Positions 10,361 through 19,116 of a stretch of 64,000 nt of DNA are shown here, piece after piece; within the stretch, counting starts at the first letter, position 1; every line of letters begins with the position of its first letter. A program made the position numbers and the translations under genes. The notes beneath the pieces were generated by a model that saw nothing but the letters and a program-made list of their open reading frames with translations, was not told the origin of the DNA and did no database searches. The stretch comes from a bacterium (GTDB lineage: Bacteria > Sysuimicrobiota > Sysuimicrobiia > Sysuimicrobiales > Segetimicrobiaceae): the NCBI GenBank assembly GCA_035691305.1, contig DASSJF010000038.1:3312-67311 (forward strand). Reading direction: 5' to 3'.

Positions 10361-10389
10361 ATCGTAACAACCCCCCAAAATGGTGTCAA
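10361..10389 (-). promoter_or_regulatory. sigma-70-type promoter for the V-ATPase operon
   Basis: Minus strand reads TTGACA (10389..10384), a 17-nt spacer ending in TGT, then TACGAT (10366..10361). Confidence 0.5.
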
Positions 10390-10410
10390 GAAAGAAGCCA
10401 AACAACGGTT

Positions 10411-10500
10411 CGACGACGCCGTCGCATACCGACGGCTAGTCCCGCACCGGGGCGACGCCGTCGCATGCCGACGCCTAGTCCCGCGCCGGGGCGACGCCGG
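10411..10500. repeat. tandem direct repeat, 39-bp unit x 2.2
   Basis: Units at 10415..10453 and 10454..10492 are 36/39 identical (gacgccgtcgcatRccgacgSctagtcccgcRccggggc), plus a partial third copy. Each unit carries a short inverted repeat (CGUCG-N5-CGACG). Confidence 0.8.
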
Positions 10501-10503
10501 TGT

Positions 10504-11985
10504 CTAGATCTTCAACAGCAGTGATGCCGCCTGGGCGAAGCGGATGAGCGCATCCGGGAAGAACCCCGGCACGAGCGCGCCCGCGGCCGTCACGGCCAGC
10601 ACGCCCCGCAACAGCGGCGTCTCGACCGGCCCGCCGAGCGGCTCGCCGGCCGGAGGTGCCGCCGGTTCGCCGCCGGCGGCGGGCATCTGCCACATCGCCC
10701 GGATGACGCCCACGTAGTAGTAGAGCGACACCACGCTGTTGATGATGCCGACCACGGCCAGCCAGAGGAACCCGGACTGAATCGCGGCGCTGAAGAGAAA
10801 CACTTTTCCCCAGAACAACGCGGTCGGCGGAATGCCTGTGAGGGCGAGCATGAACGCGGCCATCAGCGTCGCCGAAAACGGCGATCGCTGGCCGAGCCCG
10901 GCGTAGCCCGCGATCGCGTCCGTGCCGCTCGCCCGGGCTACGGCGATGGCGACGGTGAAGGCGCCGATGTTGGTGAAGAGGTAGCCCATCAGGTAGAACA
11001 GCAGCGCCGAGACCCCGGAGCCGAGCACCCCCGGCCCGGCGGAGAGCGCCACGACGCCGATCAGCATGTACCCGGCGTGCGCAATCGAGCTGTACGCGAG
11101 CATCCGCTTGATGTTCGACTGCGACAGCGCGAGCAGATTGCCGAACGACATGGAGAGCACGGAGATCGCGGCGACGATGCCGACCCACGCCCCCGGCGGC
11201 AGCGCCACGTAGAGCATCCGCAGCAGGGCGGCGAAACCTGCGGCCTTGCTGGCCACCGACAGAAAGGCGACGATCGGCGTCGGGGCGCCTTCGTACACGT
11301 CCGGCGTCCACTGGTGGAACGGCACCGCGGAGATCTTGAACCCGAACCCGGCGAGGATCAGCACGACCGCGACCACGAGGAACCCCGGCTGGGCGGCTCC
11401 GAGCCGCGAGGCCAGCGCGTAGATGTTCGTCGTGCCGGTTGCCCCGTACAGGTACGTGAAGCCGTACAGCATCACGGCCGACGCCGCGGCGCCGTAGAAG
11501 AAGTACTTCACACCGGCCTCGCTGCTCTTCCGGTTCGCCTTCAGGGCGCCGGCGAGCACATACGAGATCAGCGACACCCACTCGATCGCGAGGAACAGCA
11601 CGATCAGATCGGCCGCCGCCGCCATCGCGAACAGGCCGAGCACCATGAACACGATGAGTACGTAGATGTCGCCCTCGTGCGCCGTCGGGTGGTCCCGGAA
11701 AAAGTCCATCGCCGCGGCGATGACGAGAATCGCGCTCAGGATCGCGACCACCTTGAAGAAGCCGGCGAACGGGTCGACCGCGTAGGTGTCGAACACCACG
11801 AGGTACCGCGGGCCGCCGATCAGCACCGCGGAGGGGCCGAGCGTGAACGCCAGGCCGATGATCGCCGTCCACCCCACGAGGCGGCGGTCTTCCGGCGCGA
11901 CGATCAAGTCGATCACGAGCAGGCCGAGGGCCAGGATCCCGACCGTGATCTCGGGCAGCAGGGGCCGGAGGTCGATTCCCGTCAC
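10504..11985 (-). CDS. nuoN: NADH-quinone oxidoreductase subunit N
   Basis: 493 aa polytopic antiporter-like protein, MTGIDLRPLLPEITVGILALGLLVIDL. Last gene of the nuo cluster. Confidence 0.95.
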   Translation of the reverse strand: MTGIDLRPLLPEITVGILALGLLVIDLIVAPEDRRLVGWTAIIGLAFTLGPSAVLIGGPRYLVVFDTYAVDPFAGFFKVVAILSAILVIAAAMDFFRDHPTAHEGDIYVLIVFMVLGLFAMAAAADLIVLFLAIEWVSLISYVLAGALKANRKSSEAGVKYFFYGAAASAVMLYGFTYLYGATGTTNIYALASRLGAAQPGFLVVAVVLILAGFGFKISAVPFHQWTPDVYEGAPTPIVAFLSVASKAAGFAALLRMLYVALPPGAWVGIVAAISVLSMSFGNLLALSQSNIKRMLAYSSIAHAGYMLIGVVALSAGPGVLGSGVSALLFYLMGYLFTNIGAFTVAIAVARASGTDAIAGYAGLGQRSPFSATLMAAFMLALTGIPPTALFWGKVFLFSAAIQSGFLWLAVVGIINSVVSLYYYVGVIRAMWQMPAAGGEPAAPPAGEPLGGPVETPLLRGVLAVTAAGALVPGFFPDALIRFAQAASLLLKI

Positions 11986-11995
11986 CGGCCGGCCC

Positions 11996-13504
11996 TCATC
12001 GCACGAGGTTGAGGATGCCCAGCATTGCCGCGTTGATCGTGTTGACGACCGGCGCGGGATAGAGCCCGACGGCGATCATCAACGCGGCCAGCGGCGCGAG
12101 CGTCCACGCCTCACGACCGTCCAGATCGGGGAGTCCGGCCCACTTCGCGTTCAGCGGCCCCCAGAAGATGCGGTAGATCGTCCAGAGGAAGAACGCGACC
12201 GTGATCACGACGCCGACGAGCGACACGACGGTCAGCGCCGGATAGACCTGGTAGGCGCCGAGGAAAATCGAGAACTCCGCCACGAACCCCATCAGCCCCG
12301 GCAGACCGAGCGACGCCAGCATCGCCAGCATCGTGAGTCCCGTGTACACCGGGAGGCGCTCCCACAGGCCGCCGAAATCGTTCACGCCGCGGGTGTGCGC
12401 CCGGTAGTCGTAGATCACGCCGACGAGGAAGAACAGCGCCCCGGTGATCACGCCGTGCGCCAGCATCTGCATCGTCGCGCCGTTCAGGGCGATCGCCGCG
12501 GCGTTGCGCAGCGCCGGCTGCCCTTCCGCGGCGGCCGCCGCGGCGACGCCGAGCATCACGTAGCCCATGTGGTTGACGCTCGAATAGGCGACGAGCTTCT
12601 TCAGATCCGTCTGCGCCATCGCCACCAGCGCGCCGTAGACGGCCGCGATCGCGGCGAGAACCGCCACCATGCCCGCCATGAGGTGGAAGGCGCCCGGCAG
12701 CAGCGGCAGCAGGATACGCACGAAGCCGTAGGTGCCGAGCTTCAGGAGGATCGCGGCCAGCAGAACGCTGCCGGCGGTCGGCGCCTCGACGTGCGCGTCC
12801 GGAAGCCAGGTGTGGAACGGGAACATCGGCACCTTGATGGCGAAGCCGAGGAAAAAGCCCCAGAACGCCAGGGTGGCGAGGTGCAGGTCCCCCGCCAGCG
12901 GCTTCTGCTGGAAGAGCGCCACTATGTCGAACGTCCGCGGCGAGGAGTGGAAGTACACGATCAGGATCGCCAGCAGCATCGCCAGCGAGCCGACCAGCGT
13001 GTACAGGAAAAACTTGACCGCGGCGTAGACCCGGCGCGGCCCGCCCCAGACGCCGATGATGAAGTACATCGGGATGAGGCTGACCTCCCAGAACACGTAG
13101 AACAGAAAGAAGTCAAGCGCCAAGAACACGCCGAGCATCCCGGTCTCGAGCAGCAGAAACAGCATCATGTACTCTTTCGGCCGGAGATCCACGCGCCACG
13201 AGTACACGACGCACAGGAGCGTGAGCAGCGTCGTCAGCACCACGAGCGGCAGGCTGAGGCCGTCGACGGCCAGATGGTACGTCGCGCCGAGGGACGGAAT
13301 CCAGCGCGCCTGCTCGGTCAGCTGCAGAGTCCCCGCGCGGCCGAAGTCGAACGCGGCCGCCGCCCACACCGAGGCGAGGAAGTCCGCGATCGCCGCGGCG
13401 AGGGCGACGAGACGGATCGTGCGTACCTGCCCGCGCGGCACGGCGAGCAGCGCGGCGGCGCCGGCGGCGGGGATCCAGAGGACGAGGCTCAGCACGCCGT
13501 TCAC
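11996..13504 (-). CDS. nuoM: NADH-quinone oxidoreductase subunit M
   Basis: ORF 11996..15184 is a run-on. The true start is GTG 13504 (GTGA overlap with the nuoL stop). VNGVLSLVLWIPAAGAAALL... is an antiporter-like subunit of 502 aa. Confidence 0.95.
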   Translation of the reverse strand: MNGVLSLVLWIPAAGAAALLAVPRGQVRTIRLVALAAAIADFLASVWAAAAFDFGRAGTLQLTEQARWIPSLGATYHLAVDGLSLPLVVLTTLLTLLCVVYSWRVDLRPKEYMMLFLLLETGMLGVFLALDFFLFYVFWEVSLIPMYFIIGVWGGPRRVYAAVKFFLYTLVGSLAMLLAILIVYFHSSPRTFDIVALFQQKPLAGDLHLATLAFWGFFLGFAIKVPMFPFHTWLPDAHVEAPTAGSVLLAAILLKLGTYGFVRILLPLLPGAFHLMAGMVAVLAAIAAVYGALVAMAQTDLKKLVAYSSVNHMGYVMLGVAAAAAAEGQPALRNAAAIALNGATMQMLAHGVITGALFFLVGVIYDYRAHTRGVNDFGGLWERLPVYTGLTMLAMLASLGLPGLMGFVAEFSIFLGAYQVYPALTVVSLVGVVITVAFFLWTIYRIFWGPLNAKWAGLPDLDGREAWTLAPLAALMIAVGLYPAPVVNTINAAMLGILNLVR

Positions 13505-15372
13505 CACACCAGCCTGACGACGACGATGAGGACGACGCCGAGGAACACGATCAGCAGATAGGTCTCTTCGCGCCCGGTCTGCAGATAGCGCAGGCCGAGC
13601 CCGAACCACCGGGCCAGCCAGCCGATCAGGTTCACGAGGCCGTCGACGACGTGGCGGTCGAACAACCCGGCGAGCCGCATCACGACGCCGCCGATTCCGA
13701 GGAAGACCCAGGCATAGAGGTCGTCGACGAAGTAGCGCCGCGCGAGCAGCGTATACAGCCACGGCAGCGCCTGCCGCAGCGACTCGGACGGCACGACGCG
13801 CCAGACATAGATCGCCGCGGCCGCGACCCAACCGGCGACGGCGATCGCGATCGACCCGAGGAGCAGGCCGAAGTTCGGCGGCGCCGGCTCGACGCCGGGG
13901 AAGTTGATGAACTTCTCGAACGGGTTGCCGAGCGACTCGGCGCCGATCCAGCCGAGAAACACCGCGAAGACGGCGAGAATCACGAGGGGCGCGACCATCA
14001 CGGCGGGGCTCTCGTGCGGACCGCCGTGCCCGTGCGCGGCCGCCGCGTGGGGATCGCCGCCGCGGTACGTGCCGGCAAACGTGTACCAGAGGAGGCGGCC
14101 CATGTACAGCGACGTGAGGAACGCCCCCGCCGCACCGACCGCCCACAACGCCCGGTTGTGCGCAAACGCCGCGGCCAGGATCTGATCCTTGCTGAAGAAT
14201 CCGGCGAACGGTGGAATGCCGGTCAGCGCGAGCGTCGCGGCGACGAACGTCCAGGTGGTCCACGGCAGGTACCGGGCCAATCCGCCCATCTGCTTCATGT
14301 CGTTGGTCGCGACGGCGTGGATCACGCTCCCGGCGCCGAGGAAGAGCAGCGCCTTGAAGAAGGCGTGCGTGATGAGGTGGAACATGCCGGCGGTGTAGCC
14401 GAGAACGCCGAGGCCGAGCATCATGTAGCCGAGCTGGCTCATGGTCGAGTACGCCAGCACGCGTTTGATGTCGTTCTCGACCACCCCCATCGTCGCCGCG
14501 GCCAGCGCGGTGACCCCGCCGATCCAGGCGACGACGGTCAGTCCCGCCTGGCCCGTCGTGAACAGGAAGAGCGGATAGGTGCGGGCGACGAGGTAGACTC
14601 CGGCGGCGACCATCGTCGCAGCGTGGATCAGCGCGCTGACCGGTGTCGGGCCCTCCATCGCGTCGGGCAGCCAGACGTGCAGCGGGACCTGGGCCGACTT
14701 GCCGACCGCGCCGCCGAAGACCAAGATGGCCGCGGCGGTCAGGAGCGGCCCGGCGAGCGAGCCGGTGTGGATGCCCTTGAACACTTCGTCGAACCGCAAC
14801 GAGCCCGTGTGGAGGAAGATGATCAGGATGCCGATCATCATCGAGAAGTCGCCGACGCGGGTCGTGATGAACGCCTTGAGCGCCGCCTTCGCCGCGGCCG
14901 GCCGTTCGAACCAGAACCCGATCAGCAGGTAGGAGCACAGGCCGACGAGCTCCCAGCCGGCGTAGATGAACAGAAAGTTGTCGGCCAGGACCAGGAACAG
15001 CATCGAGAACTGGAACAGCGACAGGTACGCGAAGAACCGCGGGTAGTGCTCGTCGCCGGCCATGTAGCCGACCGAATAGATCGTGATGAGTGACGAGACC
15101 ACGCCGACCATCGCCAGCATGATCGCGCTCAGCGGATCGACGACGAAGCCGACCGTGATCGGCCGGCCGCCGAGCACCGCCCACGTATAGGTGATATCGG
15201 CACGCGCCCCGCCGGCCACCTCGCCGAGCACGACCAGGCCGCCGAGCCCCGCCAGCACGATGCCGGCGATCGAGACGTAGGCGCCGCGGCCCCGGAGGCG
15301 CGGCCCGACGGCCGTGATCGTCGCGAACGCCGCGAGCGGCAGCAGCGGGATGATCCAGGCGATGTGGGTCAC
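13501..15372 (-). CDS. nuoL: NADH-quinone oxidoreductase subunit L
   Basis: 623 aa, MTHIAWIIPLLPLAAFATITAV. Antiporter-like core plus a C-terminal extension typical of NuoL. Confidence 0.95.
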   Translation of the reverse strand: MTHIAWIIPLLPLAAFATITAVGPRLRGRGAYVSIAGIVLAGLGGLVVLGEVAGGARADITYTWAVLGGRPITVGFVVDPLSAIMLAMVGVVSSLITIYSVGYMAGDEHYPRFFAYLSLFQFSMLFLVLADNFLFIYAGWELVGLCSYLLIGFWFERPAAAKAALKAFITTRVGDFSMMIGILIIFLHTGSLRFDEVFKGIHTGSLAGPLLTAAAILVFGGAVGKSAQVPLHVWLPDAMEGPTPVSALIHAATMVAAGVYLVARTYPLFLFTTGQAGLTVVAWIGGVTALAAATMGVVENDIKRVLAYSTMSQLGYMMLGLGVLGYTAGMFHLITHAFFKALLFLGAGSVIHAVATNDMKQMGGLARYLPWTTWTFVAATLALTGIPPFAGFFSKDQILAAAFAHNRALWAVGAAGAFLTSLYMGRLLWYTFAGTYRGGDPHAAAAHGHGGPHESPAVMVAPLVILAVFAVFLGWIGAESLGNPFEKFINFPGVEPAPPNFGLLLGSIAIAVAGWVAAAAIYVWRVVPSESLRQALPWLYTLLARRYFVDDLYAWVFLGIGGVVMRLAGLFDRHVVDGLVNLIGWLARWFGLGLRYLQTGREETYLLIVFLGVVLIVVVRLVW

Positions 15373-15379
15373 CGCGCGG

Positions 15380-15691
15380 TCACCACTTCATCAGGTTGAT
15401 CTCGTCGACGTAGACCGTCTCGAGGGTCCGGTACGCGGCCAGCACGAGCGCCAGGCCGACCGCGGCTTCGCACGCCGCGAGTGTGATCACGATCAGCGCG
15501 AAGATCTGGCCCTGCATCGCCCCCGGCGCGGCGTACTTGTTGAAGGCGACCAGGTTGATGTTGGCGGCGTTCAGCATCAATTCGACGCCCATCAGGATCG
15601 TCACGGCGTTGCGGCGCGTGACCACCGCGAACAGCCCGAGCGCGAAGAGCAGCGCGCTCACGACGAGGTAGTGCGCGAGGCCCGGCATCAA
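15380..15691 (-). CDS. nuoK: NADH-quinone oxidoreductase subunit K
   Basis: 103 aa, 3 TM, LMGVELMLNAANINLVAF motif. Confidence 0.95.
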   Translation of the reverse strand: MMPGLAHYLVVSALLFALGLFAVVTRRNAVTILMGVELMLNAANINLVAFNKYAAPGAMQGQIFALIVITLAACEAAVGLALVLAAYRTLETVYVDEINLMKW

Positions 15692-16182
15692 TCTTCCCGC
15701 CGCGCGATCATGATCGCGCCCATCAGCGAGATCAGCAGGACGATCGACGTACCTTCGAAGACCAGAATGTTCTGACGGAGAAAGCTCTGCCCGATCGCCC
15801 CGGGCGTGTACGGCGGCAGCGCGCCGGCGCCCGCGGGCCAGCCGGTGCGCGTCGAGACGGCGATCAGCAGCGCGGCCATCGCTGCGGCGACCGCGGTGCC
15901 GATCGCAGCCTGCTCGTTGCGCTGCCGGCCCCCGAGCCCCGTGCCGCCTTCGGTCAGCATGATCGCGAAGAGGATCAGCACGGTGATCGCGCCGGCGTAG
16001 ATCAGGACCTGGATGCCGGCCACGAACTCGGCGTTCAGCAGAATGTACAGGCCGGTGACGCCGAGGAACGCTGGCACGAGGGCCGCGGCGCTGTGCACGA
16101 TGTTGCGGCTGGCGACCACCACCACGCCGGCGCCCAGCGTGACGGCGGCCAGCACGTAGAAGGCGATCGCCTCGCCGGTCAC
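15688..16182 (-). CDS. nuoJ: NADH-quinone oxidoreductase subunit J
   Basis: ORF 15688..16755 trimmed to GTG 16182 (GTGA overlap with the nuoH stop). VTGEAIAFYVLAAVTLGAGVVVVASRNIVHSA is a typical NuoJ N-terminus. Confidence 0.9.
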   Translation of the reverse strand: MTGEAIAFYVLAAVTLGAGVVVVASRNIVHSAAALVPAFLGVTGLYILLNAEFVAGIQVLIYAGAITVLILFAIMLTEGGTGLGGRQRNEQAAIGTAVAAAMAALLIAVSTRTGWPAGAGALPPYTPGAIGQSFLRQNILVFEGTSIVLLISLMGAIMIARRED

Positions 16183-17159
16183 GGGTGTCCCACCACCACG
16201 ACGAACGCGGTCACGACGAGGTTGAGCACGGACACCGGGATCAGGACCTTCCAGGAAAAGTTCAGCATCTGGTCGATCCGGAAGCGCGGATACGTCCACC
16301 GCACCCACATGAAGACGAAGATCAACGCGTACAGCTTGATGACGAACCACAGCACCGGCGGCAGCACCGGCCCACGCCAGCCGCCGAGGAACAGCGTAAC
16401 CGCCATCGCCGCCATCGCGAACATCTCGCCGTATTCGCCGAGCTGAAACAGCGCGAACCGCATCCCGCTGTATTCGGAGAAGTAGCCGGCGACCAGCTCG
16501 CTCTCCGCCTCGACCAGGTCGAACGGCACGCGGTTCACCTCGGCGATCGCCGCGATGAGGAAGATCAGAAAGGCCACGGGCTGGGCCACGATGTACCACA
16601 GACGCGCCTGGCCGTTGACGATCGTTACGGTCGACAGCGACCCCGCCATCAACGCGACCGTCACGAGCGCGAGCCCGATGGGGATCTCGTAGGTGACCAT
16701 CTGCGCGGCCGATCGCATGCCGCCGAGCAGGGCGTATTTGTTGTTCGATCCCCATCCCGCCATCAGGATGCCGATCACGACCAGCGACGAGGTCGCCGCG
16801 AAGTACAGCACGCCGATGTTCAGATCGCGGAAGATCAGCGGCCCGGACCGCGTGGTGCCGAACGGAATGACGACGTAGTCGAGCAGCGCCGCCAGCGGCA
16901 CGACGACGACCGCGCTCGCGAAGATGAGGCGGTCGGCGCGGTTCGGGACGATGTGTTCCTTCTGCAGAAGTTTAACCGTGTCGGCCACGGTCTGCAGCAG
17001 GCCCTGCGGCCCGACGTGCTTCGGCCCGAGGCGGCTCTGCATCCACGCGCTGATCTTGCGTTCGAGCAGCACGCCGAACATGACCGCGATGAACGCCACC
17101 GCGGAAAAGATGATGATCGTGCCGACGAACGCGCGGAGGATCTCCCAGAGCCAGTCCAT
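16179..17159 (-). CDS. nuoH: NADH-quinone oxidoreductase subunit H
   Basis: 326 aa, ...VLLERKISAWMQSRLGPKHVGPQGLLQ... is the NuoH/ND1 signature. Confidence 0.95.
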   Translation of the reverse strand: MDWLWEILRAFVGTIIIFSAVAFIAVMFGVLLERKISAWMQSRLGPKHVGPQGLLQTVADTVKLLQKEHIVPNRADRLIFASAVVVVPLAALLDYVVIPFGTTRSGPLIFRDLNIGVLYFAATSSLVVIGILMAGWGSNNKYALLGGMRSAAQMVTYEIPIGLALVTVALMAGSLSTVTIVNGQARLWYIVAQPVAFLIFLIAAIAEVNRVPFDLVEAESELVAGYFSEYSGMRFALFQLGEYGEMFAMAAMAVTLFLGGWRGPVLPPVLWFVIKLYALIFVFMWVRWTYPRFRIDQMLNFSWKVLIPVSVLNLVVTAFVVVVGHP

Positions 17160-17165
17160 CGCCGC

Positions 17166-17522
17166 CTAAGTCCACTCCAGGGCGCCGCGGCGCCACGCGT
17201 AGGCGAGGCCGAGCACCAGGATCACAAGAAACACCAACATCTCCCAGAACGCGAGCGGGCCGAGGCTGCGCGCGACCACCGCCCAGGGGTACAGGTAGAT
17301 GATCTCGACGTCAAACACGACGAAGACGAGCGAGAACAGGTAGTAGCGAACGTGAAACTGCGACCACGCCTGGCCGATCGTAGGCACGCCCGACTCGTAG
17401 GTCTCGAACTTCTGCGGGTAGTCGCTGCGCGGCGAGATCAGCCAGATGATGAGCAGAGGGAGCGAGACCATCCCCGCGCCGACGAGCGCGAAGATGGCGA
17501 CGTAGCCCCAATCGAGCAGCAT
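17166..17522 (-). CDS. nuoA: NADH-quinone oxidoreductase subunit A
   Basis: 118 aa, ...YESGVPTIGQAWSQFHVRYYLFSLVFVVFDVEIIYLYPWA is the NuoA/ND3 signature. AAGGAGG SD. Confidence 0.95.
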   Translation of the reverse strand: MLLDWGYVAIFALVGAGMVSLPLLIIWLISPRSDYPQKFETYESGVPTIGQAWSQFHVRYYLFSLVFVVFDVEIIYLYPWAVVARSLGPLAFWEMLVFLVILVLGLAYAWRRGALEWT

Positions 17523-17630
17523 CGTCGTCCCTCCTTAGAACGTGTTGCGGCGCGGACGCGTGGCGCGAACCCGGTTCTCAGATCAGTTGGTCGCCGGCTC
17601 TGCGAAGTTTTTGGCGATGAACCGCGGCTG

Positions 17631-17660
17631 ATGGTAGTATCCGTCGCCGAAGCGTGTCAA
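17631..17660 (-). promoter_or_regulatory. candidate promoter for the nuo cluster
   Basis: Minus strand reads TTGACA (17660..17655), an 18-nt spacer, then TACCAT (17636..17631). Starts 23 nt after the yvcK stop. Confidence 0.4.
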
Positions 17661-17682
17661 CCCTGCCGGGGCGGCGCCGAGT

Positions 17683-19116
17683 TTACAGCGGCGCGACGTT
17701 CGCGCCGCCTTCCGCCGCCCGCTCCCCCAGAGGCCCCCGCGGGGCCGAGCCGCCGAACTCGGCTGAGGCCGTGCGGCGGAGCTCCGGCGACACCGTCGAC
17801 AGCAGGCGCAGCAGCACGGCCGTCACCTTCCGCGCGTCGTGCCGGACCAGCCCGTCCTCGCTCAACAGATCCTCGGCAACGCAGCGCACGCCCAGCGATT
17901 CGACCGCGGCGACGTCGGCCTCCACCGGCTCCGCGTGCTCCTGCGCGTACCGCGCGAGCAATTCGGGGCTGCGCGGCCGGCTCGTGTTGATCAGCGCGTA
18001 GTCGAAGAGGCCGCCCCCGCCCTGCTCGAGCAGCACGCGGACGTGGTCGGACGCCGTGAACCCGCGGGTTTCGCCGTGCTGCGTCATCACATTGCAGACG
18101 TAGACCTTCATCGCCGGCGACCGGCGAATCGCCTCCACCACGCCCTCCACGAGCAGGTTGGGCAGCAGGCTGGTGTAAAGGCTGCCGGGGCCGATCACGA
18201 CCATGTCCGCGTCCGCGATCGCTTCGAGAACGTCCGCGAGCGGCGGCACCGACGACGGGTTGAGGTAGACGCGGCGGACGGAGCGGCCGGCCCCTGTGAT
18301 CGCCGACTCACCCTCTACGACGCCGCCGTCCTCGAACTCCGCGCACAGCGTGACGTCGTGGAGGGTCGTCGGCAGCACGCGGCCCCGGATGGCGAGCACC
18401 TTGCCGCTCTCCTTGACCGCGGTCTCGAGATCGCCCGCGACCTGCGACATGCTGGCGATGAAGAGATTGCCGAAGCTGTGCCCGTCGAGCTCGCCGCCTT
18501 TGAAGCGATATTCGAAGAGTTGGGTCATCAGCGGTTCCGCCTCCGCGAGCGCGACGAGGCAGTTGCGGATGTCGCCGGGCGGCAGGATGCCCTGCTCGCG
18601 CCGCAGCCGGCCCGAGGAGCCGCCGTCGTCGAACACCGTGACGACCGCCGTGATGTTGGTCGACACTCTCTTCAGGCCGCGCAGCAGCGTGCCGAGACCC
18701 GTCCCGCCGCCGAGCGCGACGATCTTCGGCCCCCGTTGGAGGGCGCGCTGCTGCACGAGCAGCTCAACCAGGCGGGGATCGCCGCGCGGCAAGAACACGT
18801 CGACGATCGACCGGATCGTGGCGCGCAGCCCGTAGGCGATGAGCCCGAGACCGCCGAGCAGCAGCGCGACGCCGCCCAACATCGGCGACAGCACATGCCC
18901 GGTCACCGCGTAGGCGACGCCCACCGCGCGGATGATGGCGAGCTCGAGAACGCCGAGCAGCTTGACGTCCACGATCAGGGCCACGCCGGTGCTGACCAGC
19001 AGCACCCCGACGGCGATGAGAAGGATGTAGCGCTTGACGCCGAGCCCCGGCTCGAACCACCGGATCCAGTGCCGCACCGCGCTGCGCGCGCGGCCGGCGC
19101 CGCCGTTGAGGCTCAT
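17683..19116 (-). CDS. yvcK: YvcK/CofD-like gluconeogenesis-morphogenesis factor with an N-terminal membrane anchor
   Basis: Run-on ORF trimmed to ATG 19116 (ATGA overlap with the rapZ stop). About 100 aa with predicted TM helices, then KIVALGGGTGLGTLLRGLK...VVTVFDDGGSSGRLR...IGPGSLYTSLLPNLL (UPF0052/CofD fold). Confidence 0.9.
   Translation of the reverse strand: MSLNGGAGRARSAVRHWIRWFEPGLGVKRYILLIAVGVLLVSTGVALIVDVKLLGVLELAIIRAVGVAYAVTGHVLSPMLGGVALLLGGLGLIAYGLRATIRSIVDVFLPRGDPRLVELLVQQRALQRGPKIVALGGGTGLGTLLRGLKRVSTNITAVVTVFDDGGSSGRLRREQGILPPGDIRNCLVALAEAEPLMTQLFEYRFKGGELDGHSFGNLFIASMSQVAGDLETAVKESGKVLAIRGRVLPTTLHDVTLCAEFEDGGVVEGESAITGAGRSVRRVYLNPSSVPPLADVLEAIADADMVVIGPGSLYTSLLPNLLVEGVVEAIRRSPAMKVYVCNVMTQHGETRGFTASDHVRVLLEQGGGGLFDYALINTSRPRSPELLARYAQEHAEPVEADVAAVESLGVRCVAEDLLSEDGLVRHDARKVTAVLLRLLSTVSPELRRTASAEFGGSAPRGPLGERAAEGGANVAPL

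Noticed and set aside
10411-10500. CRISPR array
   Set aside because: There are only 2.2 directly abutting 39-bp copies with no unique spacers and no cas genes nearby. This is a simple tandem repeat.
11996-15184. Single 1062-aa ORF spanning nuoM and most of nuoL, and similar run-ons at 15688..16755, 17683..19959, 20501..22075, 22517..24085, 23473..25389, 24246..26720 and 36696..39188
   Set aside because: The upstream parts are out-of-frame read-through over the neighbouring gene. The real starts are GTG/ATG codons in 4-nt ATGA/GTGA overlaps with the preceding stop, or they follow GGAGG-type SD sites.
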